Shown: positions 1 to 8,741 of the stretch, piece after piece
How the letters are laid out: each line of letters starts with the position of its first letter
Position numbering within the stretch: position 1 is the stretch's first letter
Notes under the pieces: model-generated
What the model saw: only the letters and a program-made list of their open reading frames with translations
Told to the model about the DNA's origin: nothing
Database searches by the model: none
Made by a program: the position numbers and the translations under genes
IMG/VR virus record: IMGVR_UViG_3300017988_000030
Coordinates: 1 to 26,936 of that record
From: a virus
Taxonomy: Duplodnaviria > Caudoviricetes
DNA: 26,936 nt
Direction: 5' to 3' (one strand)

Positions 1-8
1 ATCGGAAG

Positions 9-248
9 TTGGACCGTGAGACGGTCTATCAGTTCCTGATGGACGCGTTCAACTTGAACGAGACATTGCGGAAGGCGGAAATGCTGGCGCAGGTGCTTTA
101 CGACTTGAATCGTGGTGAGCTCACCGAAGAGCGCTGCAAGACTGTTATCACTGCGCTCATGGAAGAGGTCGAGCGCCGGCGCGAAAAGGTTCACCGGCAT
201 ATTTACTTGATGTCGGAAATGCCTTACGAGAATGACGTGATCAATTGA
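9..248 (+). CDS. Hypothetical helical protein, probably the 3' end of a gene starting upstream of the window
   Basis: Frame is open back to position 3. TGA at 246-248 is closely followed by the next gene. Confidence 0.6.
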   Translation: MDRETVYQFLMDAFNLNETLRKAEMLAQVLYDLNRGELTEERCKTVITALMEEVERRREKVHRHIYLMSEMPYENDVIN

Positions 249-258
249 GAGGGTTGTG

Positions 259-546
259 ATGGCACACCTTACGCCAGACATGTTCAACACGATCGGGTGG
301 CTCGCTATCACCGCTGCCAACCTGTTCATAGCGTGGCTGGCGTGGCGCACGAACCGGATCGCCCACCGAAACGAAGTGACCCTGCAGATTATTCACACAG
401 CCACAAACAGCATGAAGGATGCGCTTGTCGCGTCGACCGCGAAGGCCTCGTACGCTGAAGGGCACGACGATGCCTCTGCCGAAGCTGCCAAGGCGATGAT
501 CACTGCGAAGGCTGTTGACCGGGTTGCTACCGTCGAGGAGAAATAA
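259..546 (+). CDS. Single-pass membrane protein (possible lysis-related)
   Basis: Hydrophobic segment IGWLAITAANLFIAWLAW then an Ala-rich helical tail. Purine-rich GAGAGGG upstream; ATG 259 (GTG 256 alternative). Confidence 0.7.
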   Translation: MAHLTPDMFNTIGWLAITAANLFIAWLAWRTNRIAHRNEVTLQIIHTATNSMKDALVASTAKASYAEGHDDASAEAAKAMITAKAVDRVATVEEK

Positions 547-613
547 TTAACTTTTTCCCGTACACGCTGTTATGAGTGTCGCTCCGAGAGACTGACGGGC
601 GGCAAGGTTGGGT

Positions 614-640
614 GGTGGGAGTGTACACTTACCTTTTTTT
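614..640 (+). terminator. Possible intrinsic terminator
   Basis: Imperfect stem around the palindrome AGTGTACACT (620-629) followed by T7 (634-640). Confidence 0.3.
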
Positions 641-681
641 AAAGAGTACGCGATAACGTCCGTAGCGTGTTGGAGGTTTCC

Positions 682-909
682 ATGATCCCTGGATTAATTC
701 TTGGCCTGTTGTGGGCCCTGTTTTGGCTTGTCATTCTGGCGGGTATCCTTGCCTTCCTGCTGTACGGGTTCAAGACGTTCGTGTTTGCCATTCCCCCGCA
801 GGTGGAGAAGGGGGTTTGGTTCCTGTTTGTCATCGTTGTTATCATAGCCATCGTGACTGTTTTTGCAGGGGGCGGAGGGTCATCCCTCCATTCCTTTCGG
901 TTATTCTAA
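682..909 (+). CDS. Two-TM small membrane protein (holin candidate)
   Basis: SD GGAGG 672-676, ATG 682. Two long hydrophobic helices separated by PPQVEK. Confidence 0.75.
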   Translation: MIPGLILGLLWALFWLVILAGILAFLLYGFKTFVFAIPPQVEKGVWFLFVIVVIIAIVTVFAGGGGSSLHSFRLF

Positions 910-1085
910 TGACGCCACGACGGGAACCTTACCGCCAGAAGAAAAGCCGATCTGTACTCAGTGTTAATCTGCAAGCGACGCTTGTGGTTCTTGGGATCAT
1001 CGGCTTCGCACTGTTTATGACATACGCAACCAATTGGCTATGGCCATTACCAAAGGAGGCCCCCTATGAAACAATTACTCGTTAG
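909..1085 (+). CDS. Small membrane protein (basic N-terminus, one TM), 58 aa
   Basis: TAATG stop/start overlap at 907-911. MTPRREPYRQKK...LVVLGIIGFALFMTYA. The track's 711 start is an unlikely extension. Confidence 0.65.
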   Translation: MTPRREPYRQKKSRSVLSVNLQATLVVLGIIGFALFMTYATNWLWPLPKEAPYETITR

Positions 1086-1332
1086 TGTGGCGCTGTCGCT
1101 CGTTTTGGCGACGTCAGCGTTCGCTGCTGGCCATGGCGGCGGGGGTGGTCACGCTGGTGGCGGTGGTCACGCTGGTGGCGGTGGTCATGCTGTAAGTCAT
1201 GGCGGTGGCGGCGGTGGGGGTGGTCACGGTGGGTACCGTGGCTATCACGGCCGGCGCGATCGCGGCTGGTACAACGACGGTTTTGATGGCGGCTGCCTCC
1301 CTGGTCCCCTTCCCGTCGTGGGCTGCTACTAA
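1066..1332 (+). CDS. Secreted Gly/His-rich small protein
   Basis: SD AAGGAGG; classic signal peptide MKQLLVSVALSLVLATSAFA; GGHAGG repeats; two C-terminal Cys. Confidence 0.8.
   Translation: MKQLLVSVALSLVLATSAFAAGHGGGGGHAGGGGHAGGGGHAVSHGGGGGGGGHGGYRGYHGRRDRGWYNDGFDGGCLPGPLPVVGCY
1144..1192 (+). repeat. 18-bp tandem repeat GGTGGTCACGCTGGTGGC, two full copies plus a partial
   Basis: Copies at 1144-1161, 1162-1179 and a partial from 1180; encodes GGHAGG. Confidence 0.85.
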
Positions 1333-1352
1333 GTCAATCTGAAGGAGTGTGC

Positions 1353-1652
1353 ATGGGAACGGGTCAAGACTTTCCGAACAATCAACCCGGCATAGGCACG
1401 CAGTATTTGCCCCATGCCGGACCGACTGGCAATCACCCGGTGGGCGCCTCAGGCCCTCTCGGATTTACCGGCCCTACTGGGCACACCGGATCCACCGGAC
1501 CCACCGGGCTCACCCATTCTGCTGGTGGTTTTTATTATTTCTTCGATGACCTCGAGGAACACGTCGAGCGTGTTTACGACGAACTGCGAGGGACCGGCGG
1601 GACGGGGCACACTGGAATGTTCCCGCTGTTTAAGTCCAACCAGCCGCATTGA
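1353..1652 (+). CDS. Mini collagen-like protein (99 aa)
   Basis: SD AAGGAG 1342-1347, ATG 1353. Short G-X-Y run [22 protein letters not shown]. Converges on and overlaps the TerL stop. Confidence 0.7.
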   Translation: MGTGQDFPNNQPGIGTQYLPHAGPTGNHPVGASGPLGFTGPTGHTGSTGPTGLTHSAGGFYYFFDDLEEHVERVYDELRGTGGTGHTGMFPLFKSNQPH

Positions 1653-3084
1653 CTTTTGCCTTCTTTGGCTTAGGCTTTTGCCAGAGCCGTCGAGCCACAT
1701 AGTCCGTGATGCCGCCATGGACGATCAAAGAGACGTACTGCAGGTCGTCAACGACGTGGCTGAACCCGTCGGGGTCATCTTTTTCCGGCTTTGGCTTGAG
1801 TGCGCCCTCTTTAGTCTTCTTGTAGCGGTAACCGCCTGCCATGGCGCGGACCAGATGGGGACAACGCGTTCCATTGATGAGGATGCCGGCGCCGCCGGCG
1901 ATCTGACGGCCCAGCAGCGCTTCAACGGCGCGGATCCGCGGGGAGATTTCATTCGTGGGGGCTGGATACCAGGAGAGCCCAAGCCGGCCGACAGCGTCGA
2001 AACAGCTTTCCTCGCTGATGCTTCCCTTGTAAGCGCCCGACGGATCGCCGATTATCGCAACTTTGTATCCCAAGTATCGCGCCATCAGGACCGGGCGTAA
2101 GCGCTCGTTGATGTGTTTTTCTATTCCGATGTTGGTCGCGGATACTTCCTCATGGACCAGGAGACGGCCCATGTGATCCATTTGACATATGAGCGACCAG
2201 GGGTTGCGACCGAAATCTTGCCCGACCAGGAGCGGGTACCCCGGTATGAGAAGAGTCTCAGGTACAACGTGAATGTTCGACCGAAAGCTTTCCTTGAAAA
2301 CAGCTGCACCCGATGGGTCATTTCCATACTCCGCTTTCACATAGCGCTTCACCCAATCGCTATCCTCGCCGTACATGTTGACGAAGCGCTCGTAGTATTT
2401 GCGCCCCTGCGCGAGGCGTTTCGGATCATCAGTCCCAAGCAGCTTCGTTTCCGGGGTTTGCAGGAGCCACGCTAGGTTCTCCGCTTCTGGTGACAAGCCC
2501 GAGGGCTGTACAAACTTCTGCCAGTCGGCGGGTAAGTTCTCCATGAAGGTGTGCCATGGCGTCATTTCTGTCGGCATGTTTGTATCTGCTATCAAGCCAT
2601 GCCATGTCGGCGTCCCACGAACCCCGGAGGGATAACGCCCGCATCGACCACTCAATGGTGCAACCACGTCCAAGTTCATTTCGATGCACTCTGACAACCA
2701 ACCTCCCGTCAGCTGCATCGACAGGAGGCGGGCTTGGTCCTCCGCGTTCTCCAGCGGGATGAATAACCATTCGCTCACGACCGAATTGAAATTAAGGTGA
2801 AAGCAGTTCTCGGATACTTTCCATTGTCCTATTCCTGACAGGTGGGTTTCGCAGTCTTTGAGGACGGTGTCTTTTAATTGTTTGAGGGTTTGACGCACGA
2901 CGGCGAAGCGCGTGTAGCGGTTCCCATCCGCTGCCGGATCTTGCTCGATGGCGCGCCGGAACAGATCCATAATGCAGCCGGTCGTCTTACCGGAGCCGAT
3001 GGGGCCCGCGATAATCCGACCGAATGCGTTTGACTTTGAGAACCGCGCGATTGTTGGGGCGGCGTCGTACTCTAGTCCTGCCAT
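1630..3084 (-). CDS. terL: Terminase large subunit
   Basis: Walker A GPIGSGKT, RFAVVRQT, Walker B-like GGWLSE, coupling-motif region ADTNMP, nuclease motifs GQDFGRNP and HVVDDLQY. Start at ATG 3084 (MAGLEY) overlaps the upstream stop; the track extends it to 3159. Confidence 0.92.
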   Translation of the reverse strand: MAGLEYDAAPTIARFSKSNAFGRIIAGPIGSGKTTGCIMDLFRRAIEQDPAADGNRYTRFAVVRQTLKQLKDTVLKDCETHLSGIGQWKVSENCFHLNFNSVVSEWLFIPLENAEDQARLLSMQLTGGWLSECIEMNLDVVAPLSGRCGRYPSGVRGTPTWHGLIADTNMPTEMTPWHTFMENLPADWQKFVQPSGLSPEAENLAWLLQTPETKLLGTDDPKRLAQGRKYYERFVNMYGEDSDWVKRYVKAEYGNDPSGAAVFKESFRSNIHVVPETLLIPGYPLLVGQDFGRNPWSLICQMDHMGRLLVHEEVSATNIGIEKHINERLRPVLMARYLGYKVAIIGDPSGAYKGSISEESCFDAVGRLGLSWYPAPTNEISPRIRAVEALLGRQIAGGAGILINGTRCPHLVRAMAGGYRYKKTKEGALKPKPEKDDPDGFSHVVDDLQYVSLIVHGGITDYVARRLWQKPKPKKAKVNAAGWT

Positions 3085-4178
3085 GATACCCAGGCTTTCC
3101 CATCGGTGGCCTTCTGCCGACCTTCCAGGAAAATCTCCCAGCGGGCGGTTGTACCCCATTCCGGGTGATTAAACCAGAGAGCCTGGGAAGGACGGCTGGG
3201 TGGCGCGCGCAATTTGAGGGCGGCGTACTCGTCGAAGCCTTTGGCGGCATTGTTGACAGTGACGCCCGGCAACCATAGCATCTGGTGCCAGTGACACAAA
3301 ATCAACTCGTCGAAGTCGAGGCCAACCTTATGGGTCTGTTGCCCCAGCTTGATCGAACCACGCATTATTGGGCCTATCGCCCCAATGATACCGTCGCCGC
3401 CCTTGACGCCCAAGTTATCGCCATGCGTCAGCATGTAATGCACGCCATAGCTGATAAAGTGCGCGTCGGCCGAGTTCGGAACGTCGATGCGGATATGCTT
3501 TTCTTTCTTGAAGTACCGGGCCAGATTGCAGTACACAGCCCAATCGTAGTTGGTGTAGACCAGATGCTTGAAACGCGGTTTCTTGTGACTGCGCCCGTGG
3601 TTGCCGACAACGCAAACCACGTAGACTTTCCCGAATTTCGACGCCATGAGCTCGATGCCTGCAGCGAGAATGTCTGTCAGGTCATTGACCGATTGGTGCG
3701 GCGTGCGGTCGTTGGTGGCTTCAAGTTCCTCGTGAATATCACCCCCAACCATGTCGCCGCCGAGACAGACGATGATGCCGGGATATTCCGTCTTCGCACG
3801 CCCCATATGATTGTAGGACAAGTCAACTGTCGTGTCGTACAATCGAAAGAGGCGTTTCTTCGCGATGGACGCGTTGTAGACGTTCACTCCATTGACCTCG
3901 TCTTTTGAAATGACCTCGCCATAATGCGAGTCACTCCAGACGGTGATCGGGCAACCCCGACTGCCGATTTTGCCGCCGCGGCCGCTGATCCAAGTGGGCG
4001 GTTCAGGGTTGTGGGCGGCGATAGCAAAAATTTCTGCACGAATTTTTTCCGCGGTGTCGTGCTCAAACTGCAGCGCCTTGATGGTTCGGCGGGCGTCCAG
4101 AAGTTCCAGGTTTTTCTTGCGGAGAATGTCCTCTGCGTCAAGCAGCCGTTGCGCGTCTGACTTTAGTTGTGGTGACAT
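3072..4178 (-). CDS. Calcineurin-like metallophosphoesterase with N-terminal coiled coil
   Basis: Complete motif set: SDSHYG (DxH), GGDMVGG (GD), VGNHGR (GNH), THGD, CHWHQ (HxH). Confidence 0.85.
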   Translation of the reverse strand: MSPQLKSDAQRLLDAEDILRKKNLELLDARRTIKALQFEHDTAEKIRAEIFAIAAHNPEPPTWISGRGGKIGSRGCPITVWSDSHYGEVISKDEVNGVNVYNASIAKKRLFRLYDTTVDLSYNHMGRAKTEYPGIIVCLGGDMVGGDIHEELEATNDRTPHQSVNDLTDILAAGIELMASKFGKVYVVCVVGNHGRSHKKPRFKHLVYTNYDWAVYCNLARYFKKEKHIRIDVPNSADAHFISYGVHYMLTHGDNLGVKGGDGIIGAIGPIMRGSIKLGQQTHKVGLDFDELILCHWHQMLWLPGVTVNNAAKGFDEYAALKLRAPPSRPSQALWFNHPEWGTTARWEIFLEGRQKATDGKAWVSWQD

Positions 4179-4344
4179 AGTATTCCCTCTGGCGTTGCTT
4201 GGACTTTGGTGATTGGAAGTAGCGAAAGGCTCGAGCCTGTCCTTTTGTTGAGTGATCGTACCGCCAATAGGTTTCGTGCCCCTTAGCTGAACCAGCGTAC
4301 CGCTTACGCGTCAAGCGGCCCCTTTGGGAGCGCGCGTACTTCAC
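4138..4344 (-). CDS. Small basic protein with four 13-aa [KR]YxxSx[KR]G repeats
   Basis: KYARSQRGRLTRK/RYAGSAKGHETYW/RYDHSTKGQARAF/RYFQSPKSKQRQR. Fills the 4179-4303 gap. Start uncertain (GTG 4344, TTG 4434, GTG 4461, ATG 4554). Confidence 0.55.
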   Translation of the reverse strand: MKYARSQRGRLTRKRYAGSAKGHETYWRYDHSTKGQARAFRYFQSPKSKQRQREYYVTTTKVRRATAA

Positions 4345-4846
4345 CTGGGCTATGTTGTGTAAACGCTTCTGCTGAGACGTCGATCGTGGGCGGCCGGATT
4401 GTTTCTTCGTATTTGAGTTTTGTATCGGCGCCAAGATTGATGGTGATGGTGAATTTTTCACCCGCGTCCGCGCCGTGCTTTTCTTCGCCGGCGCCGGCGA
4501 GTTTTGCAAACATTTTTGCCGTCTCGGTGACAGCTGAGAGGCCTTCTTTGCCATTGGTCATCCTCGATGCGATCTTGGGGAGGGCGTCTTCAAGGGCGGC
4601 GGCGCTCTGAATAGCGATACGCTTATTGGTGGAGAGCGCGCTCTCCCACTCGAGCACAAAAATTTCGTAGGCCTTTTTATAGAACGGATGCGGGAGAATC
4701 CAGCGATCAAACTGCTCCTGGGTGATGCCGAAGCTCATGCAAATTACGTCGGGATCTTTGACGCCGATCGCCATTTCTCGGGCTAGGCCAGCCATTTTAG
4801 TCTGGTCGAGCTCTATATGCGGAGGCAGCGTCGTTGGCTCGCTCAT
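4304..4846 (-). CDS. terS: Putative terminase small subunit
   Basis: 180 aa from ATG 4846. HTH-like N-terminus, helical core, C-terminal beta strand FTITINLG; first gene of the terL operon. Confidence 0.7.
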   Translation of the reverse strand: MSEPTTLPPHIELDQTKMAGLAREMAIGVKDPDVICMSFGITQEQFDRWILPHPFYKKAYEIFVLEWESALSTNKRIAIQSAAALEDALPKIASRMTNGKEGLSAVTETAKMFAKLAGAGEEKHGADAGEKFTITINLGADTKLKYEETIRPPTIDVSAEAFTQHSPGEVRALPKGPLDA

Positions 4847-4852
4847 AAGCCC

Positions 4853-4881
4853 CGAGTACCACAACAACTTTCCGCACGCAA
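4853..4881 (-). promoter_or_regulatory. Putative sigma70-type leaderless promoter for terS
   Basis: Minus strand reads TTGCGT-N17-TACTCG (preceded by TGG), then 6 nt, then ATG 4846. No SD present. Confidence 0.4.
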
Positions 4882-4890
4882 GCCTATCTA

Positions 4891-4922
4891 TTAGCAGATC
4901 GTTAAGGCCACGTCGGTAGGCT
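4891..4922 (+). promoter_or_regulatory. CtrA-like box plus -10 element upstream of portal
   Basis: TTAG-cagatcg-TTAA (4891-4905), TAGGCT at 4917-4922. Confidence 0.45.
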
Positions 4923-4961
4923 CGCTCGTGCGCTCCGCTGTGCGCAATAGGATTTCCGCGA

Positions 4962-7280
4962 ATGAGTGATATGTCGCTAGGCCAACAAGGGGTGCTCCAG
5001 GTCATCCCGCCGGCACAGCTGGAACTCCAGTTGCAACAGCGGGCCAAGGATCAGGCCGCGGCTAATACGCCAGCCCAGCAAACACCTACGGCGCTGATTG
5101 GTTACATTAAGGGTCAGTTTGAGATTTTTCGCAACCACCGCAATACGAGCGCGGGATGGTCAGAGCGTTTGCTCGTTGCGTTGCGCACATTCAACGGGCA
5201 GTACGATGCGACCAAACTCAACGAAATTCGGCGTTTCGGGGGGTCCGAAGTCTATGCGCGCATCATCGCCCAAAAATGTCGCGCTGCTAGTTCACTCCTC
5301 CGCGATATTTATCTTGGTCAGGATCGCCCGTATGGTGTGAAGCCGCCGACCAATCCGGACGTTCCGCCGGAAATCATGGCGACGATCGAACAGCTACTCG
5401 CCGCCGAGCGCCAGCAGGTGCAGCAAACACAGGGTAAGCCGCCGGATGTGACTGATGAATGGCAGCGGCGCGAAGCGCTCGTGCAGTCCGCGGAGGACGC
5501 TGCCAAGAAAAAGGCGTCCGAGCAGGCGCGGATTAGCGAAGATAAGATCGAAGACATTTTGCGCGCCGGCGGTTTTTATCACGCCCTTGCTGAGTTTCTG
5601 GTCGACTTGCCGATTTTCCCGTTTGCTGTTATCAAGGGACCGGAAGTCAAGGTGATCCCGACTGTGTCATGGCCGCCGAATGGAGGCCAGCCCACAGTTA
5701 AACAGACGCCGAAACTCACCTGGGCCCGCGTATCGCCGTTCGATATTTGGTGGACACCCGGCGTCGCAGATATTAAGAACGCCAATGTCATCGAAAAACT
5801 TCGTATCACTCGGGCCGAGCTCAACGACCTTCTTGACCTCCCGGGGTACAATCAGGACGAAATCCGTGCGGTACTCGATGAGTACGGCCGCGGGGGTCTT
5901 TACGATAACTGGGATACTACGGATGCCGAGCGTGCGGTCCTCGAGAGCCGCGAGAATCCGGCTTGGAACCGTTCTGCACTGTTGAGCATGATGGCGTTCA
6001 ATGGGAATGTCCAAGGTCGCCTGCTTCAAGATTATGGTTTGGCCGTTCCGGATGAATTGCGAGATTATTACATTCAGGCATGGTGCATCGGCGGGCATGT
6101 CATTAAGGCTCAGTTGTCGCCGAGCCCGCGTCAGCGCCATCCCTACTACATTACGAGCTTTGAGAAGGTGCCGGGCACGCCGCTGGGTAATGGCCTCACC
6201 GATCTTCTCGTCGACCTTCAGGAGAGTGCAAATGCTACGTTACGGGCGCTGATCAATAATTTATCAATTAGTTCGGGTCCGCAGGTTGTGGTTAATGATG
6301 ATCGACTGAGTCCCGATGAAACCGGAGAGGATCTGTACCCATGGAAGCGGTGGCATGTTCGGAACGACCCCGTGTCAAACAACGCCCAGCAACCGATCAG
6401 CTTTTTCCAGCCGCAAGCCGTAGCTCAACAGCTGATCCAAGTGTTTCAGGAGTTTGTCTCGATTGCGGACGATGTATCGGCTATCCCCAAGTATATTGGG
6501 GGGCAAGCTGGTGCCGGCGGTGCTGGTCGGACCGCGTCCGGCCTAGCAATGCTGATGGGCAATGCTTCAAAAATTCTTCAAACCGTTTCGGCGAATATTG
6601 ATCGAGACGTGATCGAGGAAGTATTGATGAACCTCACGGATATGATCCTCCTCACGGATACTACGGGTCTACTTACCGGTGAGGAAAAGATTAGCGTTCA
6701 AGGTGTCAGTGTCGCGGTCCAGCGCGAGACGCTGCGACAACGCCAGATTGAATACCTGCAGGCCACGAACAATCCGACCGACATGCACATTATCGGGATC
6801 AAGGGCCGCGGCGCCGTGCTGCGCTCGGTCACCCGGGATATCGGTGTCGACGGTGACGAGGTTGTTCCGCCTGAACAGGTGCTCGAGCAGATGGACGCAC
6901 AGCAGAAACAGCAGCAAGCCAAACAGGCAGAGGAAGGTCCGCTGCAGCAGCGCATTCAGGAGGGTGTCAATAAGGGCGTTGGCATGGGCGTGCAGCGGAT
7001 CACGACGGAGCTCACCGCTGGCGTTCTCGCTCCGGAATTCCAGATGCCCGAAGGACCGCCCGCGCACATTGGCACGCCGGAAGGCGCGCCGGGTGGCCCG
7101 ACCACGAACAACTCGGAAATGGACTTGGGCCCTGGTGGTGATCAGGCGCGGCGCGCTGCCGTTTCGCAGGGTAGCCAGCCTAGTCAGATTGCGAGCCATG
7201 GGCTTGGACCGCAGACTGCCAATTTGGTAGGAAACCAACCTGGACCCGGAGCTAACCCCGTGCACCCTGGACCTGGATAA
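4962..7280 (+). CDS. Portal protein (podovirus type)
   Basis: 772 aa; motifs VSPFDIWW, PLGNGLTDLL, SSGPQVVVNDDRL, GRTASGLAMLMGNA; Gln/Pro/Gly-rich C-terminal tail; position at the head of the morphogenesis operon. Confidence 0.88.
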   Translation: MSDMSLGQQGVLQVIPPAQLELQLQQRAKDQAAANTPAQQTPTALIGYIKGQFEIFRNHRNTSAGWSERLLVALRTFNGQYDATKLNEIRRFGGSEVYARIIAQKCRAASSLLRDIYLGQDRPYGVKPPTNPDVPPEIMATIEQLLAAERQQVQQTQGKPPDVTDEWQRREALVQSAEDAAKKKASEQARISEDKIEDILRAGGFYHALAEFLVDLPIFPFAVIKGPEVKVIPTVSWPPNGGQPTVKQTPKLTWARVSPFDIWWTPGVADIKNANVIEKLRITRAELNDLLDLPGYNQDEIRAVLDEYGRGGLYDNWDTTDAERAVLESRENPAWNRSALLSMMAFNGNVQGRLLQDYGLAVPDELRDYYIQAWCIGGHVIKAQLSPSPRQRHPYYITSFEKVPGTPLGNGLTDLLVDLQESANATLRALINNLSISSGPQVVVNDDRLSPDETGEDLYPWKRWHVRNDPVSNNAQQPISFFQPQAVAQQLIQVFQEFVSIADDVSAIPKYIGGQAGAGGAGRTASGLAMLMGNASKILQTVSANIDRDVIEEVLMNLTDMILLTDTTGLLTGEEKISVQGVSVAVQRETLRQRQIEYLQATNNPTDMHIIGIKGRGAVLRSVTRDIGVDGDEVVPPEQVLEQMDAQQKQQQAKQAEEGPLQQRIQEGVNKGVGMGVQRITTELTAGVLAPEFQMPEGPPAHIGTPEGAPGGPTTNNSEMDLGPGGDQARRAAVSQGSQPSQIASHGLGPQTANLVGNQPGPGANPVHPGPG

Positions 7281-8093
7281 ATGTCGTATCACTTTATCAG
7301 CGGTCTACCGCGATCAGGCTCAACCTTGCTCGCCGCCCTCTTCTGTCAGAACCCCGCTTTCCATGCTGGTATCATTTCGCCGATGGGCCCAATGACGTCA
7401 GCGCTTCGTAGCGCTATGAGCCCGAAGCAAGAGACACATGTTTTCGTTGACGACGTGAAGCGTGGCCGCGTGCTCGAGGCCTTGTTTGATGCATTCTACG
7501 AAGACAATCTGCAGAAGGTGGTCTTTGATACGAACCGCCGTTGGTGTGCTGACATTGCAATGCTTGGCCGCCTGTTTCCGAAATCGCGCGTGATCGCGTG
7601 CGTGCGTCAGCCCGCGCACGTTGTTGATAGTTTCGAGCGTCTTTTTCAGAAGCATCCGTACGCTGTGAGCACGATCACTAAATGCAAGACGGAGGGGACT
7701 GTCTACGATCGCGCGGCGACGTTGCTCGCTATAGACGGTGTCGTTGGGTACGCGTACAACGCGCTGCGGGAAGCATTCTACGGTGCTAATTCGCACCGTC
7801 TGATCATTCTTGAGTATGTCAATTTGGCAAAGGCGCCGAAGGAAACGATGGCGTGGTTGCACGAGTGCTTGGGTGAAGCGCCTTTCGATTACGACTTCGA
7901 TCATATCAAACAAATTCCTGAGGTCGAGTTGTTTGATCGCACGATTGGCACGCCGGGTCTGCACGCAGTTAAGGAAAAAGTTGTCTACACCGTTGAGAAT
8001 ATTGTCTTGCCGCCTGATATCGTGGCGCGTATGCCGCCGGTGTTTTGGCGGCCGCCACCTTCCGTTAAGAAAGACGAAACCAATTCTGGATAG
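7281..8093 (+). CDS. PAPS-dependent sulfotransferase, RaxST-like
   Basis: 5'-PSB loop ISGLPRSGSTLL, VFDTNRRW, 3'-PB motif CVRxxxxVVDSFERL, C-terminal PGLH..LPP..FW. Confidence 0.9.
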   Translation: MSYHFISGLPRSGSTLLAALFCQNPAFHAGIISPMGPMTSALRSAMSPKQETHVFVDDVKRGRVLEALFDAFYEDNLQKVVFDTNRRWCADIAMLGRLFPKSRVIACVRQPAHVVDSFERLFQKHPYAVSTITKCKTEGTVYDRAATLLAIDGVVGYAYNALREAFYGANSHRLIILEYVNLAKAPKETMAWLHECLGEAPFDYDFDHIKQIPEVELFDRTIGTPGLHAVKEKVVYTVENIVLPPDIVARMPPVFWRPPPSVKKDETNSG

Positions 8094-8119
8094 TGTCACG
8101 CTGAATTGAAGGACAGCCC

Positions 8120-8740
8120 ATGACTGCCGGCATTACCTCTGCCCGACAATACGATCGTAATCAGCGTGGTGTCATCCTCGCAGAGGTTGTCAATGCTCTT
8201 GCGAGCGGTCCTACCGGAACAAATACTGGACCGACAGGTCCGACGGGGCCAGTTACAGGTCCGACTGGCGCTGCCGGTGTTCCAGGTCCGACCGGTCCGA
8301 CCGGTCCGTTTGGTTTAGGTACGGGTGGTTTCGGGCCACTTGGGTACCAGGGCCCCACTGGTCCGCGCGGTGCTACAGGCTTCACTGGTTTCACTGGAAA
8401 TAGCGGGCCGCTGGGCGCACAAGGACCAACTGGTCTTGCGAACGGCGCGACTGGCCCGACTGGCCCGACTGGTCCTTCTGCTGGGCCGGCCGGCTATACC
8501 GGTTGGACAGGTCCGACAGGTCCGACAGGATACACTGGACCGACGGGTCCGACAGGTGGATATGGGCTTGTTGGTCCCACCGGGCCGACCGGGCCGACCG
8601 GAACCACGATTACGATTTTCATTCCGCCTACATCGACCCCTGGCATCACGGGCGCGGTGTGGTTCAATCAGAATGCGACCGGCTTGACCGGTGGCCAGCA
8701 ATGGTTGGCGCTTGTAGTGTCGAAGGGACCGGGGACTTAA
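8120..8740 (+). CDS. Collagen-like protein A (GPT-rich)
   Basis: Long interrupted G-X-T triplets; N-terminal YDxNQ..LxEVV motif; C-terminal FIPPTxxPGxxGAVWxN..LVVSxG motif. Confidence 0.9.
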   Translation: MTAGITSARQYDRNQRGVILAEVVNALASGPTGTNTGPTGPTGPVTGPTGAAGVPGPTGPTGPFGLGTGGFGPLGYQGPTGPRGATGFTGFTGNSGPLGAQGPTGLANGATGPTGPTGPSAGPAGYTGWTGPTGPTGYTGPTGPTGGYGLVGPTGPTGPTGTTITIFIPPTSTPGITGAVWFNQNATGLTGGQQWLALVVSKGPGT

Positions 8741-8741
8741 T

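Noticed and set aside
1414-2100. 228-aa plus-strand ORF and other long ORFs opposite terL, the phosphoesterase, portal, sulfotransferase and MCP
   Set aside because: Antisense shadows typical of GC-rich coding DNA; no recognisable motifs.
4847-5047. Long N-terminal extensions in the ORF track (terS from 5047; also terL 3159, oxygenase 15861, C-MTase 16627, 711, 17933, 22468)
   Set aside because: They overlap neighbouring genes or promoters; downstream starts have SD sequences or stop/start coupling.
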